From: an uncultured Bacilli bacterium
Lineage (GTDB): Bacteria > Bacillota_I > Bacilli_A > RF39 > UBA660
Direction: 5' to 3'
Assembly (NCBI GenBank): GCA_934098665.1
Contig: CAKOOO010000003.1
Location: 28,125-92,124, forward strand
Length of the DNA: 64,000 nt
Shown one piece after another: positions 10,917 through 20,904 of the stretch. Position numbers and translations under genes: made by a program. The first letter of the stretch is position 1; the number at the start of each line of letters is the position of its first letter. Under the pieces are notes generated by a model. The model ran no database searches. It was not told the DNA's origin and saw nothing but the letters and a program-made list of their open reading frames with translations.

Positions 10917-11309
10917 TTGATAAATGAATTAAATAATACGGCTAATGTTTCTGGAACAATTAATGGACAGACTACAACTGTTACATCTAATACATTGGAG
11001 GTGAGCTTAATTAACGGTTTAACTGCTGTTAAAAGTGCTGATAAAACATCTTGGGCTGATGGTGAACTTACTTATACATTAACAATTAACAATACAACTG
11101 GACAAACTTATACTACTCCAGTTATAACAGACACACTTGATACTACACTTGTAACTTTTGTACCAGATAGTGTTACAATTAACGGAAGTGCTGCTACATC
11201 AAGTGAATACACTTATAATGAAGGTACAGGTCTTTTAACAGTAAATCTTTCTGACATTGCCACAGGTGGTAATGCAGTTGTTACATTTAAAGTTACTAAA
11301 AAGTCTTAA
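10917..11309 (+). CDS. Small DUF11-type protein (paralogue of 10373..10858), TTG start
   Basis: GGAGG followed 8 nt later by TTG. LTAVKSADKTSWADGELTYTLTINNTTGQ...VITDTLD...FVPDSVTINGS...AVVTFKV is a textbook DUF11 repeat. No signal peptide. Confidence 0.6.
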   Translation: MINELNNTANVSGTINGQTTTVTSNTLEVSLINGLTAVKSADKTSWADGELTYTLTINNTTGQTYTTPVITDTLDTTLVTFVPDSVTINGSAATSSEYTYNEGTGLLTVNLSDIATGGNAVVTFKVTKKS

Positions 11310-11314
11310 TATAA

Positions 11315-11346
11315 AAATATCAGCGTAAAAACTGATATTTTTTTTA
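11315..11346. terminator. Bidirectional intrinsic terminator between convergent genes
   Basis: Perfect 9-bp stem AAATATCAG (11315-11323) / CTGATATTT (11332-11340), 8-nt loop, T-run after it and A-run before it. Confidence 0.7.
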
Positions 11347-12345
11347 AAATAATGATTTTGTATGACAAATTTTTAAATGATCATAACTTTTTTCTGTAGC
11401 CACTCTACCACTTTTAGTTCTTTTTATAAAACCCTCTTGTAATAAAAATGGTTCTACAACATCCTCGATAGTTGAAACTTCTTCCCCTATTGAAGTTGCA
11501 ATTGTTTCAATACCAACAGGCCCACCATTAAATTTTTCAATTAAACTTTTTAAATATTCTATATCTATGCTATCAAGTCCATAATCATCTACTTTTAATC
11601 TTTTTAAAGCATCCTTTGTAATATCTAAAGTTATTTTACCATTACCAAGTACCAAAGCAAAATCTGATACTCTTTTAAATAAACGGTTCGCTATTCTAGG
11701 AGTTTTTCTAGCTCTTTTGGCAAGTTCTAAAGCAGCATCATCCATAATAGGCATAGATAAAACTTTGCTTGTTCTTTTAACAATTCCAGCAAGTTCCTCA
11801 TCAGTGTAATATTCTAGTTTATTTACAATTCCAAATCTATCACGAAGTGGTGAAGTAAGATCTCCCGCCCTAGTGGTTGCTCCTACTAAAGTAAATGGTG
11901 GTAAATCAATTTTAATACTTCGACTTTTACCATCATTTCCTATTACAAGGTCAAGTTCAAAATCTTCCATCGCAGGATAAAGTATTTCTTCAATATAAGA
12001 TGGTAATCTATGAATTTCATCAATAAATAATACATCTCCAGGTTCAAGTGAAGAAAGTACGGCAGCAAGGTCGCCTGGTTTTTCCATCGCAGGTCCAGAT
12101 GTTGTTCTAATATTTGTACCCATTTCATTAGCAATAATATGAGCAAGAGTTGTTTTACCAAGTCCCGGAGGACCATAAAGTAAAGTATGATCAAGTACCT
12201 CACCACGCATTTTTGCAGCCTTAATAAATACTTCTAAATTTTCTTTTATTTCAGTTTGACCAACATATTCAGATAATCTTTGTGGTCTAATATTAGTTTC
12301 AAAAACTTCTTCATTTTGATTATTTGCATCTATTATTCTTTCCAT
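11344..12345 (-). CDS. ruvB: Holliday junction branch migration helicase RuvB
   Basis: [14 protein letters not shown] Walker [10 protein letters not shown] Walker B, 333 aa. Confidence 0.95.
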   Translation of the reverse strand: MERIIDANNQNEEVFETNIRPQRLSEYVGQTEIKENLEVFIKAAKMRGEVLDHTLLYGPPGLGKTTLAHIIANEMGTNIRTTSGPAMEKPGDLAAVLSSLEPGDVLFIDEIHRLPSYIEEILYPAMEDFELDLVIGNDGKSRSIKIDLPPFTLVGATTRAGDLTSPLRDRFGIVNKLEYYTDEELAGIVKRTSKVLSMPIMDDAALELAKRARKTPRIANRLFKRVSDFALVLGNGKITLDITKDALKRLKVDDYGLDSIDIEYLKSLIEKFNGGPVGIETIATSIGEEVSTIEDVVEPFLLQEGFIKRTKSGRVATEKSYDHLKICHTKSLF

Positions 12346-12844
12346 ATAACTCCTTTCTTACATATTCAATTACTTCATACCAAGATTTTACATCTACTCC
12401 ATATTCAAGTGCATCTATATTATGATTTCTAACGTCCATAACTACCTCATGAGTATCATCAATTACCAAATCAAGCCCATATAATTTAGCTTCCATACCT
12501 TTAGGAAATGCCTTAAAAATATATTTATCAAAATTTAAATTATGTTCTTTTAAATATTCTTTTGTTAAATCAATAATTTCTGGATATCCACCACCCCTTG
12601 CGGTTAATAAAATTATTTCAATATTATTTTCTTTAAAAAAATCAAAGGCTTCATGTACACCATCATAAACCTTTAAATTTTTAGTAATATCTTTATAATA
12701 TTTATAAAAAAACTTAAGTTCTTCATTTTTAGATAAATCATGGTAACTATTTAAATTATTTCCGGGACAATATTTATCTAAAAACATTTTTGACACAACG
12801 CTTGTATTAACAATTGTATTGTCAAAATCAATACCTATTTTCAT
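12320..12844 (-). CDS. HAD-superfamily hydrolase (5'(3')-nucleotidase-like) inserted between ruvA and ruvB
   Basis: [11 protein letters not shown] motif I, LLTARGG motif II-like, VIDD motif IV-like. Confidence 0.45.
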   Translation of the reverse strand: MKIGIDFDNTIVNTSVVSKMFLDKYCPGNNLNSYHDLSKNEELKFFYKYYKDITKNLKVYDGVHEAFDFFKENNIEIILLTARGGGYPEIIDLTKEYLKEHNLNFDKYIFKAFPKGMEAKLYGLDLVIDDTHEVVMDVRNHNIDALEYGVDVKSWYEVIEYVRKELYGKNNRCK

Positions 12845-12846
12845 TA

Positions 12847-13401
12847 TTACCTCAATAATAGTTTTAAAGCATCTTTAACTTGCATTTCAACACTTTGATC
12901 CATGTTTACGTTCTTAATTACTTTATTAATTTCAGATGTTTTATATCCCAAACTTTCAAGCACTTCATAAAGTTCATTTGCACTATCACTAGCACCATCT
13001 TCCTGAGTAACATCAAGTTTTCCTTTAAGATCTAAAATAATTTGTTTAGCTATTTTCTCCCCTATTTTAGGAAATTTAGTTAAATATAAAATATTTTCAC
13101 GATTAATTGCATCAATAATACCTTTTACACTACCAGTTGCAAAAAAACCATTAGCCATTTTAGGTCCCAAACCTTTAACATTAATTAATCTTAAAAAAAG
13201 TTCTAATTCTTCCTTACTTTTAAAACCATATAATGAGTTTTCATCCTCTCTAATTTGATTATATAAATAAACTTTATAATTATTATCTATTTCATAAGAA
13301 TATGGATTAGCCACAAAAATTTGATATCCTATATTATTACTTTCTAATGCAATAAAATTACTTTCTTGTTCTGTAACCTTTCCAATTATATAACGATACA
13401 T
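12847..13401 (-). CDS. ruvA: Holliday junction DNA-binding protein RuvA
   Basis: MYRYIIGKV... OB-fold N-terminus, LINVKGLGPKMA and FPKIGEKIAKQIILDLK helix-hairpin-helix motifs. Confidence 0.9.
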   Translation of the reverse strand: MYRYIIGKVTEQESNFIALESNNIGYQIFVANPYSYEIDNNYKVYLYNQIREDENSLYGFKSKEELELFLRLINVKGLGPKMANGFFATGSVKGIIDAINRENILYLTKFPKIGEKIAKQIILDLKGKLDVTQEDGASDSANELYEVLESLGYKTSEINKVIKNVNMDQSVEMQVKDALKLLLR

Positions 13402-13486
13402 ATTTACCTCCTATTTAATTATACCACACATTAAAATTGTACCATATACCTTAATGCAATTCAAGAATATTTGTTCGTAATAATTA

Positions 13487-13522
13487 TAAAAAAATAAGTG
13501 TTAAAAACATGCATTAACACTT
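13487..13522 (-). terminator. Intrinsic terminator after the pfkB-SIS gene
   Basis: 9-bp stem AAGTGTTAA (13496-13504) / TTAACACTT (13514-13522). The minus-strand U-run corresponds to AAAAAAAT at 13487-13494. Confidence 0.65.
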
Positions 13523-13526
13523 ACTC

Positions 13527-15485
13527 TTAAAGGCTTCCTTTATAAAAATAAATTTTCATTGCTTTATCTGAATACTTTGGTTTTGAAACATCTATATCTA
13601 GCACTTTACCTATTTGGTATATTATAAATTGAGATGCTATTAATAAATCGAATTCGGCAAAAATATCATCATATCTGCTTTCAATTATAATAGTATTTTC
13701 ATCTAAATATTTAATTAATTCTTCCTCATATTTTGAGGTAGTCTTTTGTTTAAAATATATACCACACTTATTATCCATATTTTCGTAGTTAATAAATCTT
13801 CCATGAGAAAAATTTTTCTTTTCATGAATAATAGCATTAAATATTCCAGATTCAATTATTTTACTTTCCAAATCATAGCTTGCACAATTTGCATAATCAC
13901 CACGAAATATATTAATAATTTTATTATGATTTTTAACATTATTTATAAAATCAATATTTACTAATTTTTCTATTTTTTTACTCCAATAATCTATAGAATT
14001 TTCAATAAAATCATTTAAGTCAATATTATCACTATTTTTTTGTAAATAATATTTCATAAAAAGTGAGGCTGGAGCAAGAGCACCTTCGAAAGATAAAAAT
14101 CCCCTTTCCTTACCTTTATTTGAGGAAGTTCTATAACAAATTATATTATCTTTTACAATTTCTGTTTTCTTTATAATATTTTGAAGTTGTCCTTTAGTAA
14201 TAATATAAATATTTTTCTTATCAAAATCATTTACACTTTTTATTACATCATTAGTAGTTCCCGAATACGAAAATAAAAAAGTTTTATTTATATTAGCATT
14301 ATTTCTATATAAAACATCTCTTGGATATAAAGCATAAGTGTTTGACCCAAATAAATTATTTATAATTTTCGAAGCAAACATTGCTCCTGCAAAAGAACCA
14401 CCAGTTCCAATAAATAAATAATTATCATTAACATTAAAATCTATATCTAATAATTTATTATAAGCTGGTGAATTTACACTATTAATAACTCGTTTTTCTA
14501 AATTATTTATATTAATATTACACCTTTTTATTCTTTTTCTTTCAGTATAATTAAAATTTTCACACACACAGCACTTATCTATTTTACGAACTTTATAAAG
14601 TGAATTTAAATGTCCTCTTGCACCAACTTTAGAAACAACTTTACTTGTAAGTTTATTAGAATTTATAAACCACTTTTCAAATAAATTTTCATTACACTCA
14701 AAATTATTTTTAATATAATCAGCTACTATACTTGCTATAAAAGCATCTCCAGCTCCATTTGCATCAACAACATTTTCTTTATTTTTTAAAGCAAATTTAT
14801 ATTCTTTGTCGTTATAAACAAAAACCGCTCCATTTTCTCCACGAGTTATAGTCATTAATTTTGGTTTTAATAAATTATATAGTTCAATATTATTTTTAAG
14901 TTTTAATTTATTAATTAAAAATTTTGTTACCCTTTCATTAAAATTTATTATGTCAAACTTATTTAAAAATTTATTTACAATTTCTCTTTTTGTTAATTTC
15001 TCAAATTCAAAATATTGACCTATATCAATTATTTTTTTATTATCTACATTATTTATGATTTTAATATTTTTTTCATTTAAATTATCAAAAACTAATATAT
15101 CATCACTTTGTATGTTATTAATTATTTCATTAGGATCAATTAAACTTTCTTCATACCATCTTTTTTCATTACATATTGGGCATCTTTTTTTTGATATAAA
15201 ATTTATTTTGCCATTTTCCATAAAATATGAAACATTAAAACATCTTGTATGAATATTATTTAATATTTTAATATTAGCTATATCAACGTTTAATTTTTGT
15301 AAGCTTAAAATAGCCATTTTTCCTTGCTCATCATCTGCACATACTCCATAAACTGTGGTTAATAATCCACTTTTTGCTAGATTTGCAATAATATTATGGC
15401 AACTCATTCCACCATTAACTCCTAAAAGTTTTCCGTCTTTACAATAATAATCTAAAACTAAATCACCAATACTTACTACTCTCAT
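13527..15485 (-). CDS. Fusion protein: PfkB-family carbohydrate kinase (N-terminal) plus SIS sugar-phosphate-binding domain (C-terminal)
   Basis: The N-terminal half ends with the PfkB signature DANGAGDAFIASIV. The C-terminal half has the SIS-type FIGTGGSFAGAMFASK...FLFSYSGTTND. Cys pairs lie at CPICNEKRW and CCVCEN...RC. Confidence 0.65.
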   Translation of the reverse strand: MRVVSIGDLVLDYYCKDGKLLGVNGGMSCHNIIANLAKSGLLTTVYGVCADDEQGKMAILSLQKLNVDIANIKILNNIHTRCFNVSYFMENGKINFISKKRCPICNEKRWYEESLIDPNEIINNIQSDDILVFDNLNEKNIKIINNVDNKKIIDIGQYFEFEKLTKREIVNKFLNKFDIINFNERVTKFLINKLKLKNNIELYNLLKPKLMTITRGENGAVFVYNDKEYKFALKNKENVVDANGAGDAFIASIVADYIKNNFECNENLFEKWFINSNKLTSKVVSKVGARGHLNSLYKVRKIDKCCVCENFNYTERKRIKRCNININNLEKRVINSVNSPAYNKLLDIDFNVNDNYLFIGTGGSFAGAMFASKIINNLFGSNTYALYPRDVLYRNNANINKTFLFSYSGTTNDVIKSVNDFDKKNIYIITKGQLQNIIKKTEIVKDNIICYRTSSNKGKERGFLSFEGALAPASLFMKYYLQKNSDNIDLNDFIENSIDYWSKKIEKLVNIDFINNVKNHNKIINIFRGDYANCASYDLESKIIESGIFNAIIHEKKNFSHGRFINYENMDNKCGIYFKQKTTSKYEEELIKYLDENTIIIESRYDDIFAEFDLLIASQFIIYQIGKVLDIDVSKPKYSDKAMKIYFYKGSL

Positions 15486-15590
15486 TTAAATCTCCTTTTA
15501 TATTTTCGTCACTTTTATTTAATATGATTTTAGCATATAGTAATATCTATTTCAACATTTTGTTTCATATATTATGTAAGCCAAATTTCA

Positions 15591-15619
15591 TTGACTTTTC
15601 CCAGTATTTATGGTAAAGT
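15591..15619 (+). promoter_or_regulatory. Promoter for rpmB
   Basis: TTGACT (15591-15596), 17-nt spacer, TGgTAAAGT (15614-15619 hexamer). Confidence 0.5.
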
Positions 15620-15650
15620 TTAAAAGTAATGAAAAAAGGAGGAAACAATA

Positions 15651-15818
15651 ATGGCTACTAAAATAACTAATAAAAAACCTTTATCAGGAAATAATAGATC
15701 TCATGCACTTAATGCTACAAAAAGAGTTCAAAAACCTAATCTTCAAAAGAAAGTTATTAATGGAGAAAAAGTTATTATTTCTGCAAGAGAAGCAAGAACA
15801 ATTAATAAACAAAAATAG
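15651..15818 (+). CDS. rpmB: 50S ribosomal protein L28 (55 aa; below the ORF-track cutoff)
   Basis: AAGGAGG RBS, then [55 protein letters not shown]. The SGNN-SHA-N-TKR-x3-PNLQ core is the L28 signature. Confidence 0.85.
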   Translation: MATKITNKKPLSGNNRSHALNATKRVQKPNLQKKVINGEKVIISAREARTINKQK

Positions 15819-15842
15819 TCACTTAAAAGTGATTTTTTTTTA
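15817..15842 (+). terminator. rpmB terminator
   Basis: Stem TCACT (15819-15823) / AGTGA (15828-15832), extendable by A:T and G:T pairs, followed by a 10-T run. Confidence 0.6.
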
Positions 15843-15865
15843 TAAAAAAAACGCTTTTAGCGCTT

Positions 15866-16111
15866 TTAAAATGAATCAATATTTACTTTAACTTTAGGCA
15901 TTTTATTTAAAAAAGCATAAGCTTGAACTATAGTTCTAATACTTGTAGCCATTTTTCCACCTTTACCAATAACTGCTCCGAAATCATCATGATGAACAAT
16001 TATTTCAAGTATTGGGTCTTCACCTTCAGTTTCAAACATTTCAACTTTTACCATATCTGGATTTTTAACTATACTTTTAATTAAAAATGAAGTATATTCT
16101 TTTATATCCAT
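15866..16111 (-). CDS. KH-domain RNA-binding protein (YlqC/UPF0109 family)
   Basis: 81 aa, VIGKGGKMATSIRTIV GXXG KH motif, located directly downstream of rpsP as in Bacillus. Confidence 0.8.
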   Translation of the reverse strand: MDIKEYTSFLIKSIVKNPDMVKVEMFETEGEDPILEIIVHHDDFGAVIGKGGKMATSIRTIVQAYAFLNKMPKVKVNIDSF

Positions 16112-16113
16112 AA

Positions 16114-16407
16114 TTAATCCTTTTTAACACTTTTCTTTGAAGAATTTTTACTTTCAGCAAATTTTTTCATAATACCTTGATTAGAAAGTATACTTCTTAC
16201 TGTATCAGTAGGTATTGCTCCTTTTGAAAGCCATGATAATGCTTTTTCTTCATCAACAGTAACAACTTCTTTACCTTTAATTGGATTATATGTTCCAACT
16301 GTTTCAATAAATCTTCCATCTCTTGGACTACGAGAATCTGCTGCTACAATACGATAAAATGGTTTTTGTTTTGAACCCATTCTTTTTAATCTTAATTTAA
16401 CTGCCAT
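16114..16407 (-). CDS. rpsP: 30S ribosomal protein S16
   Basis: The start is moved to the [13 protein letters not shown]... ATG at 16407, which is preceded by AAAGGAG. The track ORF begins 5 codons earlier, inside the RBS. Confidence 0.92.
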   Translation of the reverse strand: MAVKLRLKRMGSKQKPFYRIVAADSRSPRDGRFIETVGTYNPIKGKEVVTVDEEKALSWLSKGAIPTDTVRSILSNQGIMKKFAESKNSSKKSVKKD

Positions 16408-16432
16408 AATTACTCCTTTCAATTACATTATT

Positions 16433-16461
16433 ACTATAGCACAGCAAAAGTATACTGTCAA
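16433..16461 (-). promoter_or_regulatory. Near-consensus sigma-A promoter for rpsP
   Basis: Minus strand: TTGACA (16461..16456), 17-nt spacer, TATAGT (16438..16433). Confidence 0.7.
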
Positions 16462-16499
16462 CCTTTTTTTGTTGACACTATAAAAAAAGCCTTATAGGC

Positions 16500-17039
16500 T
16501 TACTTTTTATCTAAATAATCATCATCAAGTTCATCTACATTTATGTTAAGTTCATCATTATTTTCCTCATCATAAACTTCTTCATAATCATCAAAATTAT
16601 CTTCAACTTGAATTTTTACGGTTGCATTACCTATTACCTCGATACCAAGTTCTTTTTCAATTTTTAGGGAAACTAAATCATCATTAATTTTGACATCAGT
16701 AACTGTAGGTTGTTTTAAAGCATTAACAATAATTTCACTATTACTATCAAGTTTACTGCTTTCCTTTATAGGAACATTTATAGCATCAGTATATGTAAAT
16801 TTTCTACTACATACAGCGGTTTTTGTATCATTATCATATGAATACCATACATTTACATCAAATGAGCCAGATACATTAACTTTACCTAAATTATTAACTC
16901 CCCTGAAAGAATGATTAATAACCCAGCATCCTAAAATAGTATTAGGTTTTTCATCACACTGAACTTCATAATTACTAACAATTTTCTTTTTACATTTACC
17001 GATTATTGCTTTTGTAACTATTTCTTTAAAGTTAGACAT
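16500..17039 (-). CDS. cotE: Spore coat morphogenetic protein CotE
   Basis: MSNFKEIVTKAIIGK...NTILGCWVINH...FDVNVWYSYDNDTKTAV closely parallels B. subtilis CotE as recalled (YREIITKAV...SILGGWIINH...YDINVWYSY..NTKTEV). Acidic C-terminal tail. Confidence 0.8.
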   Translation of the reverse strand: MSNFKEIVTKAIIGKCKKKIVSNYEVQCDEKPNTILGCWVINHSFRGVNNLGKVNVSGSFDVNVWYSYDNDTKTAVCSRKFTYTDAINVPIKESSKLDSNSEIIVNALKQPTVTDVKINDDLVSLKIEKELGIEVIGNATVKIQVEDNFDDYEEVYDEENNDELNINVDELDDDYLDKK

Positions 17040-17108
17040 CTTATCACCTTCCTACTTTAATTTATGCGTAGTATAGGCAAAAGTTGCTAAAAAAAATAGA
17101 GTTAACCT

Positions 17109-17810
17109 CTATTTTAAAAAGTAATTAATTAATACTGGACCAATTATCAAAATAAGCATAAGTGGTAAGAAAAGAAGTACTGAAACAATTGATATTTTCA
17201 TAGGCATTTTGTTAATGCTTGATTTGATATCTAAAATTCTTTTATCTGTTAAATAATTAATTTGATTAGCAAGTGCACCTTCAATACTATTACCAAATTC
17301 ATTAGCTTCTATTATATTAAGTATTACATTACAAACACTTTTTGATGGAATCTTTTTCATTAAATCCTGAAGACCCTCAGTTAAAGATTTTCCATAAGAA
17401 ACTTCCTTAAGCATTTTTTTAAATTCACTACTTATTGAACTATCTATGCTATTACATGTAATTGTTAAACAAAGTTTTAAATTTTTTTCACTTTGAATAG
17501 TAAGTGATAATACTTCGAAAAAGAATATTGAATCACTTTCAAGCTTATTTGCCCTTTTTTTAATTTTAATATCTACGAAAATATATTCATAACAAATATA
17601 AAATAATGTAGCTATTAATGGTGCTAAAAAATATCCAGAATTAAATATAAATAATACAAAAATAAATATTAATACTGTAAATATAATTCTAAAAGTTAAA
17701 AATGCATTAATATTATTTTTACTATCATAAGATAAATACATAAATTTATTTTCTAAATTTTTTATAGAATTTGTAGAATAAAAACTTTTATAAAAATCAT
17801 TTACTTTCAT
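17109..17810 (-). CDS. Type II secretion system F-family membrane protein (TadC-like)
   Basis: Polytopic, 233 aa, cytoplasmic helical domain between TM segments. Last gene of the Tad-like operon, ATGA overlap with the upstream gene. Confidence 0.65.
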   Translation of the reverse strand: MKVNDFYKSFYSTNSIKNLENKFMYLSYDSKNNINAFLTFRIIFTVLIFIFVLFIFNSGYFLAPLIATLFYICYEYIFVDIKIKKRANKLESDSIFFFEVLSLTIQSEKNLKLCLTITCNSIDSSISSEFKKMLKEVSYGKSLTEGLQDLMKKIPSKSVCNVILNIIEANEFGNSIEGALANQINYLTDKRILDIKSSINKMPMKISIVSVLLFLPLMLILIIGPVLINYFLK

Positions 17811-18817
17811 ATTTTTTCCACCTTTGTTATCTTTTTAATGATTATTACATATAAAATATAAATTATAACCATAAGTAAATCTAATATAATGCCTATCTTT
17901 GTGGTTAATAGTGGTGCAAAATAGTTTGGATTTAAGGAATATATTACTAAAATAAATATAAATGGGATAAAAATAAGTATTCTATAAAGCATTTTACTTG
18001 AACTTGTAAGTGAATTAAGTTCATTTTTAATTTTTAATTTATCATAAAAATGTTTTTCTATCATATTAAATACAGATATTATATTACCACCAGTCTTATT
18101 TAAAAGTGTAAGTGATGATGTAATATATTTAATTTCTTCAACTTTAACTCTATCATAAAATCTTTCAAATACATTAGTAAGTTCAAGTCCATAATTTAAA
18201 TCTTTTGATATAATTTCAAACTCATCTTTTATAGGACTTGATAAAGAAGTTTTAACTATATTTATTGCTTCCCATATATTTTTTCCACTTTTAAAAGCAC
18301 TATTCATAATAACAATTGCCTGTAAAAGACCACTTTCTATTGTATTACGCTTTTGTTTATAAATAATTATTAAAATAATATCTATCATAAAAAATGAAGC
18401 AAAAGCAATTATTATAAGTAAAAACATATTTATATTTATTTTCTTTAAACATGACATTAATATATATAAAAATGAAATAAAAAACATATAAAGTATTTTT
18501 AGGGAAATATAATCAATAGATTTTAAATTATTTTTTTTATTATATATCAAATATTTATCAAGTCTTTTTGAATAATTTACTAAAATAACACTTTTTGATA
18601 TAAATTTAGATATTTTTTTGATAAGTTTTAAAAATACTAATGCAAATTTATCAATAACGCTTTTTGAGGCTAAATTATTATTTTTTATATAATATTTTTG
18701 GACTCTATTTTTAAATTTAATTGCAAAGAAAAAACGCACAAATAAAACCGCTAATAAAATAAATATTACGCTTAAAATTAAAATAGTTAAAAGCTGAATT
18801 ATTTGTAATTTTTCCAT
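17807..18817 (-). CDS. Type II secretion system F-family membrane protein (TadB-like)
   Basis: Polytopic, 336 aa, same architecture as above, follows the CpaF-like ATPase. Confidence 0.65.
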   Translation of the reverse strand: MEKLQIIQLLTILILSVIFILLAVLFVRFFFAIKFKNRVQKYYIKNNNLASKSVIDKFALVFLKLIKKISKFISKSVILVNYSKRLDKYLIYNKKNNLKSIDYISLKILYMFFISFLYILMSCLKKININMFLLIIIAFASFFMIDIILIIIYKQKRNTIESGLLQAIVIMNSAFKSGKNIWEAINIVKTSLSSPIKDEFEIISKDLNYGLELTNVFERFYDRVKVEEIKYITSSLTLLNKTGGNIISVFNMIEKHFYDKLKIKNELNSLTSSSKMLYRILIFIPFIFILVIYSLNPNYFAPLLTTKIGIILDLLMVIIYILYVIIIKKITKVEKI

Positions 18818-18829
18818 TTTTTCTCCTTT

Positions 18830-20155
18830 CTATTTTTTAAAAATATTTGCTATTTCGCTAAAACCATAACTTTCAAGTCTTTTTAAACATTTAGGCATTT
18901 TTTTAGTTTGATTAAATAAACCATTTACTTCACCAGTACTTGTTATACCCTCTTGAGTAAAAGTAAATATATCATTTAAAATTATTTCATCATTTTTAAA
19001 ATCTACAACCTCGGAAATGCCACTTACTTTTCTTTTACCATCAGAAAGTCTTTCAATATTTATAACAATATTTATAGCATTATATATATATTCTCTTACT
19101 GCTTTTACAGGAATATCAATATTAGCCATTAAAACCATTGTTTCAAGTCTATGAAGAGCATCTAAATTGCCATTAGCATGAAGTGTTGTTAAACTTCCCT
19201 CATGACCAGTATTCATCGCTTGAAGCATATCAAATGCTTCCCCACCTCTTACTTCACCAATTATAATTCTATCAGGTCTCATACGAAGAGAATTTCTAAC
19301 TAAATCTCTAATAGTTATTTCACCGGTTTTTTCATAGTTTGTAGTTTTTGTTTCAAGGGTTATTACATGTGGTTGTGTAAGATTTAACTCTGCGGCATCC
19401 TCAATAGTAATAATTCTTTCTTTTTCAGGAATAAAACCACTTAAAATATTTAAAAGAGTTGTTTTACCTGAACCTGTACCGCCACATACTAAAATATTAA
19501 GTTTTGATTTAACACAAGCCTCTAGGAAAGTTGCCATATCTGATGTAAGTGAACCAATTCTAACAAGTTCTGATGCATTTGAAATATTTGCTTTAAATTT
19601 TCTAATTGTTATAACTGGCCCTTTTGTTGAAAGCGGTGGAATAACTGCATTTACCCTTGAACCATCTTTAAGTCTAGAATCTACCATTGGACTTGAGGAG
19701 TCAATAGTTCTTCCCATAGGTTCAATAAGTTTTTGAATAGTTCTTATAATATGAGCATCGTTTATAAATGAAACAGTTTCATCTTTAATTAAATTACCAT
19801 CAATTTCAATATAAATTTCATTTGGTGAATTTACCATTATTTCCGTAATATTTTCATCTTTTAATAAATCAGTTAAAGGACCATAACCATTAATTTCATT
19901 TTCAATTAAATTATATAGATAACTTCTTTGAAGTGTCGTTAAATCAATTCCTTCGGTTGCTTTATCAATTTCAACGTTAATAAAACTATCTATATTATCA
20001 TCATTTTTTAAGTTTAAATCAATAATATTTTCAACAATTTTAGTTCTTAAACTATCAAGTAAATCTTTATTTTCAAAAACATCATAATCATTAAATATAT
20101 TTTCATCATTAATCTTTTCAAAAGAAAAAACATCTTTTAAACTACTCATTTTCAT
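18830..20155 (-). CDS. CpaF/TadA-family secretion ATPase (VirB11-like)
   Basis: ILVCGGTGSGKTTLLN Walker A, RPDRIIIGEVRGGEA Walker B/Asp box, TGHEGSLTTLHAN His box. Confidence 0.9.
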   Translation of the reverse strand: MKMSSLKDVFSFEKINDENIFNDYDVFENKDLLDSLRTKIVENIIDLNLKNDDNIDSFINVEIDKATEGIDLTTLQRSYLYNLIENEINGYGPLTDLLKDENITEIMVNSPNEIYIEIDGNLIKDETVSFINDAHIIRTIQKLIEPMGRTIDSSSPMVDSRLKDGSRVNAVIPPLSTKGPVITIRKFKANISNASELVRIGSLTSDMATFLEACVKSKLNILVCGGTGSGKTTLLNILSGFIPEKERIITIEDAAELNLTQPHVITLETKTTNYEKTGEITIRDLVRNSLRMRPDRIIIGEVRGGEAFDMLQAMNTGHEGSLTTLHANGNLDALHRLETMVLMANIDIPVKAVREYIYNAINIVINIERLSDGKRKVSGISEVVDFKNDEIILNDIFTFTQEGITSTGEVNGLFNQTKKMPKCLKRLESYGFSEIANIFKK

Positions 20156-20903
20156 CCTCCATATACTTTAATAAAGAGTCAAATACTTTATAAGTTTTTG
20201 GATAATTTTTAGAAAACTTTTTATCAAGTGTAATAATTTTCCCATCAAAAATATAACTATCAATATTTTTTATAAAAAACTTACTATCTAAATGATAATC
20301 TATATTATATCCAAGCATCTTTTTTATATCATATAAACTAAAATAATTTTTATATGGATTAATACTTTCATTTAATAAAATTTTATAGTTTTTCTTATCA
20401 GCACTATCAAATATAGTAAGTAAATTATGCATATTTTTAATATTAACTAAATCATTATTCATAATAAATAAGTTTAAATCTACACTATCAAGTACTTCAA
20501 CATTATTTTCATTTAAAACGCTCATTGTATCTATAATTAAATAATCATAATAAAAAATAGACTTTTCAATTATTAAATCAATAAGTTTGCTATTTACCTT
20601 CGAAGCACTTCTTGGATCTTTTGCACTAGGTAAAAAATAAATGTTATCATTATATTTAGTTACATAATTATCTAAACTTATACTTTTATTATCAACATAA
20701 TCACTAACAAAATTTAAAAGTGTCTTTGTATAATCTTTATTTAAATAAAGTCCTATACTTCCAAAATATAAATCATAATCCACAATTAAAACTTTTTTTC
20801 CTTGCATAGCAAAAAATCCCGCGATATTTATTGCAGTTAAACTTTTTCCAGTCCCTCCTTTAGAGGAAAATAAACAAATACTTTTTCCCTTACCTTTAAT
20901 CAT
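20142..20903 (-). CDS. ParA/MinD-like ATPase (CpaE/TadZ-like, no receiver domain)
   Basis: Deviant Walker A SSKGGTGKS, VLIVDYD; sits immediately upstream of the CpaF-like ATPase. Confidence 0.75.
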   Translation of the reverse strand: MIKGKGKSICLFSSKGGTGKSLTAINIAGFFAMQGKKVLIVDYDLYFGSIGLYLNKDYTKTLLNFVSDYVDNKSISLDNYVTKYNDNIYFLPSAKDPRSASKVNSKLIDLIIEKSIFYYDYLIIDTMSVLNENNVEVLDSVDLNLFIMNNDLVNIKNMHNLLTIFDSADKKNYKILLNESINPYKNYFSLYDIKKMLGYNIDYHLDSKFFIKNIDSYIFDGKIITLDKKFSKNYPKTYKVFDSLLKYMEDENE

Positions 20904-20904
20904 A

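Noticed and set aside
11943-12206. 87-aa minus-strand ORF inside ruvB
   Set aside because: It is an out-of-frame overlap with the strongly conserved RuvB frame.
15703-15891. 62-aa plus-strand ORF
   Set aside because: It is an alternative frame of the rpmB (L28) gene that runs on through the rpmB terminator. The L28 frame has the RBS and the family signature.
16456-16477. 7-bp inverted repeat TGTCAAC-N8-GTTGACA as an operator or switch
   Set aside because: One arm is simply the -35 TTGACA of the rpsP promoter. The hairpin lies just after the cotE terminator, and there is a single copy with no conserved partner. It is most simply a secondary terminator or chance symmetry.
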